Source: Methanocaldococcus jannaschii DSM 2661 (GTDB taxonomy: Archaea > AGJL01 > Methanococci > Methanococcales > Methanocaldococcaceae). From it: a DNA stretch of 32,000 bases. The translations under genes and the position numbers were made by a program. Under the pieces are notes generated by a model. It was given only the letters and a program-made list of their open reading frames with translations. It did no database searches and was not told the origin of the DNA. Every line of letters begins with the position of its first letter. Position 1 is the stretch's first letter. Of this stretch, positions 28,006 through 32,000 are shown piece by piece. The DNA is taken from contig NC_000909.1 in assembly GCF_000091665.1 (NCBI RefSeq), positions 1,056,629-1,088,628 of the forward strand, written 5' to 3'.

Positions 28006-28245
28006 ATGGGATTAGAGCATATAATTTTATTGATATTAATAATTATAGTGGGGATTTTATTCTTTAAATTAACCTTTAAAATATTAAGATACTTAGCAAT
28101 AAATACAATTGTTGGTTTGATTTTGGTAGGAATTTTAAATTTCCTTGGAATTACACATATACACTTGAATTTAATAAACTTATTGATAATAGCAGTCGGA
28201 GGGATTATAGGAGTATTTATCTTAATTTTGCTTTCAATTTTATAA
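28006..28245 (+). CDS. Small hydrophobic membrane protein (possibly BofA-like)
   Basis: About 79 aa with 2-3 TM helices. The ATG at 28006 is preceded by aggtgg, whereas the track start at 27991 is not. The family assignment is weak. Confidence 0.45.
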   Translation: MGLEHIILLILIIIVGILFFKLTFKILRYLAINTIVGLILVGILNFLGITHIHLNLINLLIIAVGGIIGVFILILLSIL

Positions 28246-28283
28246 CTTAAAAAATTTTCCTTAAAAAAGACGTAATAGGATAC

Positions 28284-28481
28284 TTAAGCCTTCATTGAAG
28301 ACTTATAAGCTTGACAAGCCCAGTAATCTAAAACGTCTCTTATTGATTTTAAATTCTTTTCCTTTCTTTTTTTAATCCTTGCCATGTTTCTTAATATTTT
28401 TAATGTCCTTTCAATTTCATCCTCACTCATTAAGGTGGCGTCCATTAATAAGCTTATAGCTTTCCTATCTATGTCGTCCAT
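28284..28481 (-). CDS. Hypothetical 65-aa protein
   Basis: ATG preceded by a ggtggt SD. It has an acidic N-terminus and a basic centre ([11 protein letters not shown]). I recognise no family. Confidence 0.4.
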
Positions 28482-28521
28482 AATACCACCTGTTAATACT
28501 AAAATTTAGATTAGTATTATG

Positions 28522-28615
28522 ATATATAAGACTTTCGGTTAAGAGTATGAAGATAACACTTTCTTTTTAATTAAAAGTTATTTTACTAATATTAAAAATT
28601 TTTGTAGTATTATAG
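28522..28615. repeat. Possible degenerate MJRE-like element (copy H)
   Basis: The left end atatataagactttcgg resembles the inverted repeat of copy D, and the right end tttgtagtattatag partly matches. An AT-only near-palindrome ctttttaattaaaag lies at the centre. There is no GC-rich hairpin. Confidence 0.35.
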
Positions 28616-28646
28616 ACTCAAATATTTAGAGTCATAAATATAATGT

Positions 28647-28665
28647 AAAAATAAAAAAGAAAAAA
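28647..28665 (-). terminator. Oligo-T tracts downstream of gap
   Basis: The minus strand reads ttttttcttttttattttt starting 7 nt after the gap stop codon. This is the archaeal oligo-T terminator type. Confidence 0.5.
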
Positions 28666-28671
28666 TTAGAT

Positions 28672-29703
28672 TTATTGGATACCCATAGCTTTATTTGTCT
28701 TTTCAATTGATTTGAAGTTATCTTCTTCCATCTGAAGCATTGCCCTAATACAATCAATATTTTCAGGAATAACTATACTTTCTTGATGAACCGCCTGCAT
28801 TAAGAATATTTCATTTTCTAAAACATTAATGCTTTCTTCCCAGACAACAAGCTCGTTTATGTCATATCTTAACCTGCCTAAATCTCTTCCATATTCAATT
28901 ATTTTAGCTGTTGAACTAAATCCATCTTCAGCTCTAACAGTTATAATTCTTGGAGTTTTTTTGATAGCTTCTAAAATATCATCTCTGCTAACATCTCCAT
29001 CAACTTCAACCATTAAAGTGTGCATATGCATTAATGTTGTTGGAACGATAACAGCTGAAGTTAAAATCTTTCCCTCAAACTCTGGGACAACTGAAACAAC
29101 ATCAGGGCCATGATGGGAAGGAACTGTAACTGGGTTTGGTGTTATAGCATTTACTGGCCCTGTTTTGTCGTCATTTGGGTCTGCCGCTCTTCTAACTAAC
29201 ACGATTCTTGCCTTCTTTATATCTGCAATTGAATTTATAGCATATAATATCCTACACAAACCTGTTGTGTTACATGAAACAACTCTTACATAATCTTTTC
29301 CATAGCATCTGTTGTAGCTCCACAAAGCGTTGAAGTTATCTTCAACATCTTTTGCTTTTTCTCCCCCTTGCAATATAGCTTTAACTTTGTGAGGTTTGTA
29401 GATATTTTCTAAGTTTTGCTTTCCAATCTTCTTAGGAGCTCCATCAACAACTATGTCAGCATCTTCTATAATGTCCAATATAGTCCCCTCAACTGGAATT
29501 CCTGCATCTTCAAATAATTTAACCCTCTCATTATCTGGAATTGCTACAAACAACTTGTAGCCCTTCTCAACGGCTAATCTTGCCTCAAAATCTGGCTTTG
29601 TCTTTGTAACTCCTATAACTTCCATATCATCCTGCATTGAAACTGCATCGGCTACTCTCTTCCCAATTGAACCATATCCATTTATCAATACTTTTGCTGG
29701 CAT
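28672..29703 (-). CDS. gap: Glyceraldehyde-3-phosphate dehydrogenase, archaeal type
   Basis: The Rossmann start is [17 protein letters not shown], the active site is VSCNTTGL, and HHGPDV is present. 343 aa. Confidence 0.93.
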
Positions 29704-29799
29704 AGATTCACCATTTGAAATTTTTGTAGGATTAATAATAATTACTTTGGCAATATATATTTTTATAATTTGTTTATTTTAATAATAAAATGTGGGATT

Positions 29800-31158
29800 A
29801 TGGAAAAGGAGGTTATAAGCAGTAGGGAGTTTATTGATAGATTTGTTGAATGTTTGGAGAAGGGAGAGGATTTTAAGTTAAAGGATTGTGTTGTTGAGGG
29901 GAATGTTGATATTTTGAATATTTATGAAATGATTAAGGATAAAGAACTAAAAGGAGGTTATATTGAAAAAAAAGATGATGAAATTGTTGTGAATATAAAT
30001 ATAAAAGTTGATATTTATAATGTTGAATTTAATGGTGATTTTAGATTTTTTGTAAATATGGAATATCAAATTGTGATATCCGTTTTTAATGGAAATGCTT
30101 ATTTTAGAGTCATAACTTTTAAAGGAAGTGTTTATTTTATAAGAACAATTTTTAATGGAGATGTTGATTTTATAGACACAATTTTTGAAGAAAATGCTTA
30201 TTTTAGTGTCACCGCTTTTAAAGGGAATATTATTAATTTTAGTGGCACAATTTTTAATAAAGAATCTCATTTTAAAAGTACAACTTTTGAAGGAAATACT
30301 TATTTTAGTGTCACAACTTTTAATATAGCAGAATTTTATAATTCAACATTTAAATCTCATGTATATTTTGATGATATATCATTTAATTTGTTGTCTTTTA
30401 CTGATTGTAGATTTAGAGATGATGTATCATTTAAAAAAATAGATAAAGAAAATTTTAAAGGTTTAGCAATATTCCTTAAAACTCAATTTCTAAACAAACA
30501 CACAACGATAGAAAACTTCCAATTATCAAAAACATCATTTTTAAAAACAGATGTTAGAGAAGTGCTATTATGTGATGTTAAAAAAGAAGAAATTTTAAGT
30601 CATAAAATTTTAAGAATAAAAGAAGATAGTGGTAATAAAGATAAAGATTTAGAAAATAAACTAAAAGAATTATTAGGTTTGAGTTATAAGTATATTATAG
30701 ACCAATTCAATTATAAATCAGTCCTTGCAGAATACAGAAATCTAAGAATATCCATTGAGAATAACAGAACCTACATTGAAGCATCCAACCTATACAAAAT
30801 GGAAATGGAATTAATAAAAGAGTTTTCCAATGGCAGATTTGAAAAATTCATCATTGGGGCTTATGGAGCAATATCTGACTATGGAGAATCAATGGAAAAA
30901 ACAGGTAAATGGATATTAGGCAGTATGATATTATTTACAATTTTAGCATCAATTTTAAGATTTAAAGGAATGGAATGGGATATTTTTAAAATAATAGAAT
31001 TTTGGTGGATTTCATTTTGGGAAGTTATAAGGTTATTTTTACAGATAGGAACGGAAGATAAATCATTATGGATATTAGAGCCAATTATAAGGGTTACATC
31101 TCTAATTTTATTGGGTAATCTCTATATAGCTGTTAGAAGAAAATTAAGTAGAAAATAA
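29800..31158 (+). CDS. Tandem-repeat (pentapeptide-like beta-helix) protein with a C-terminal membrane domain
   Basis: The ATG at 29800 gives MEKEV; the track start is TTG. About 12-14 repeats of about 11 aa (NAYFRVITFKG, SVYFIRTIFNG, DVDFIDTIFEE...). Then comes a helical linker, a YGES motif and 2-3 TM helices. Confidence 0.7.
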   Translation: MEKEVISSREFIDRFVECLEKGEDFKLKDCVVEGNVDILNIYEMIKDKELKGGYIEKKDDEIVVNINIKVDIYNVEFNGDFRFFVNMEYQIVISVFNGNAYFRVITFKGSVYFIRTIFNGDVDFIDTIFEENAYFSVTAFKGNIINFSGTIFNKESHFKSTTFEGNTYFSVTTFNIAEFYNSTFKSHVYFDDISFNLLSFTDCRFRDDVSFKKIDKENFKGLAIFLKTQFLNKHTTIENFQLSKTSFLKTDVREVLLCDVKKEEILSHKILRIKEDSGNKDKDLENKLKELLGLSYKYIIDQFNYKSVLAEYRNLRISIENNRTYIEASNLYKMEMELIKEFSNGRFEKFIIGAYGAISDYGESMEKTGKWILGSMILFTILASILRFKGMEWDIFKIIEFWWISFWEVIRLFLQIGTEDKSLWILEPIIRVTSLILLGNLYIAVRRKLSRK

Positions 31159-31159
31159 A

Positions 31160-31486
31160 TTAATCATACTCTCTCCATGTATGACCGCATTTCTTACACT
31201 TATAGAATCTTGTTTCTGGTTCATCAGCACATCTTGTTTGTTGTAGCCACCAGTAAGCTTCATTATGCCCACATTTTGGACATTCGATTCTTGTTGTTGG
31301 TAATGTCTCTAATCCCTCACTTTCAATAACAGTAATTTTTTCTTTCTTGTTCTCTAAGTGTTCCTTGTATTCATACTCCTTACTTCCTTCAGCTGTTGTT
31401 TCTTCTTCATAACCACAGACAGCACATTTTAACTTTCCATCCTTTGGTAGCATTAGGTTGTTACATTTTGGACAAAACTTAACCAT
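31160..31486 (-). CDS. tfs: Transcription factor S (TFS, RNA polymerase subunit M-like cleavage factor)
   Basis: Two zinc ribbons (CPKC...CAVC and CPKC...CKKC) and the acidic-loop motif QTRCADEPET. 108 aa. Confidence 0.9.
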   Translation of the reverse strand: MVKFCPKCNNLMLPKDGKLKCAVCGYEEETTAEGSKEYEYKEHLENKKEKITVIESEGLETLPTTRIECPKCGHNEAYWWLQQTRCADEPETRFYKCKKCGHTWREYD

Positions 31487-31988
31487 TTTTCCACCTCATG
31501 TAATCTTTAATTATTTTTTCATGGTCAAAAGCTAATTTAGGCAAATTATTTAAATCAAAGAATTCAGCCTCTTTTGCATCATCTCCTGCTTTCAACTCTC
31601 CACCTATAACATCCAATATAAAGACGATTGAGATAACGTGCCCTCTCGGGTCTCTATCTGGAGATGAATAAACTCCCAATAAGCTTTTTACCTTTGGTAT
31701 TAAACCAGTTTCTTCTTTAATCTCTCTAACAACTGCCTCTTCAACAGTTTCTCCACATTCTACAAAACCTCCTGGAAGGGCAAAACAACCTTTAAATGGA
31801 TTATTTTTTCTTTTTATTAGCAGGATTTTATTATCTTTCTCAATAATTCCATCAACTGCAACCGCTGGATGAAGATATAGCCTATATTTTTTTAAATCTC
31901 TCTTTTTTATGATTTTTTTAGAGTATCTCTTTCCAAACAAATTTAGGGCAAATATTTTTCCGCTTATACAGAAACATTTTTTAGCCAT
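31479..31988 (-). CDS. Nudix hydrolase (ADP-ribose pyrophosphatase type)
   Basis: The Nudix box is GGFVECGETVEEAVVREIKEETGL. 169 aa. Its 3' end overlaps the tfs start by 8 nt. Confidence 0.88.
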   Translation of the reverse strand: MAKKCFCISGKIFALNLFGKRYSKKIIKKRDLKKYRLYLHPAVAVDGIIEKDNKILLIKRKNNPFKGCFALPGGFVECGETVEEAVVREIKEETGLIPKVKSLLGVYSSPDRDPRGHVISIVFILDVIGGELKAGDDAKEAEFFDLNNLPKLAFDHEKIIKDYMRWKNG

Positions 31989-32000
31989 GCTCTCACTTAT

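Noticed and set aside
29947-30270. 107-aa minus-strand ORF with its own repeat pattern
   Set aside because: It is the antisense reading of the tandem-repeat region of the 29800..31158 gene. Its periodicity is inherited from the sense-strand repeats.
30094-30330. Regularly spaced direct repeats, considered as a CRISPR-like or satellite array
   Set aside because: The repeats are in frame within a long ORF, encode the protein's tandem structural units, and have no unique spacers.

Overview
AT-rich (about 70% A+T by eye), densely packed archaeal chromosome. From memory, gene order and protein sequences match Methanocaldococcus jannaschii, roughly loci MJ1116 to MJ1149; no search was run. I call 35 protein genes, almost all housekeeping. 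They include an AsnB-like amidotransferase, CobY, DapF, an intein-containing Hel308 helicase, HflX, the Kae1-Bud32 fusion, GMP synthase subunit B, a UbiD-family decarboxylase and MoaC. They also include Elp3, RNase P protein Rpp30, ComB, Get3/ArsA, an MscS channel, CbiG, archaeal GAPDH, TFS and a Nudix hydrolase. I found no rRNA, tRNA or CRISPR array. The main structure not explained by the ORF track is a family of about 80-110 bp imperfect palindromes. Each has terminal inverted repeats of the form TATAG..CTTT.GCA and usually a GC-rich central hairpin. There are seven clear copies and one degenerate copy. One copy sits in frame inside the AsnB-like gene, adding about 33 codons. Two copies in opposite orientation bracket elp3. 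These look like the palindromic MJRE elements that I recall were published for this genome, so they are probably not new as a class. Other points are a 501-aa LAGLIDADG intein in Hel308, a badly decayed ABC-ATPase pseudogene, and a vapBC pair whose PIN toxin is frameshifted. There is also a membrane protein with about 11-residue beta-helix-type repeats, and an operator-like inverted repeat in front of a 65-aa orphan ORF. I see no convincing multi-gene accessory or defence system. Several ORF-track starts are GTG/TTG extensions, and I moved them to ATG codons preceded by GGTGA-like Shine-Dalgarno (SD) sequences.
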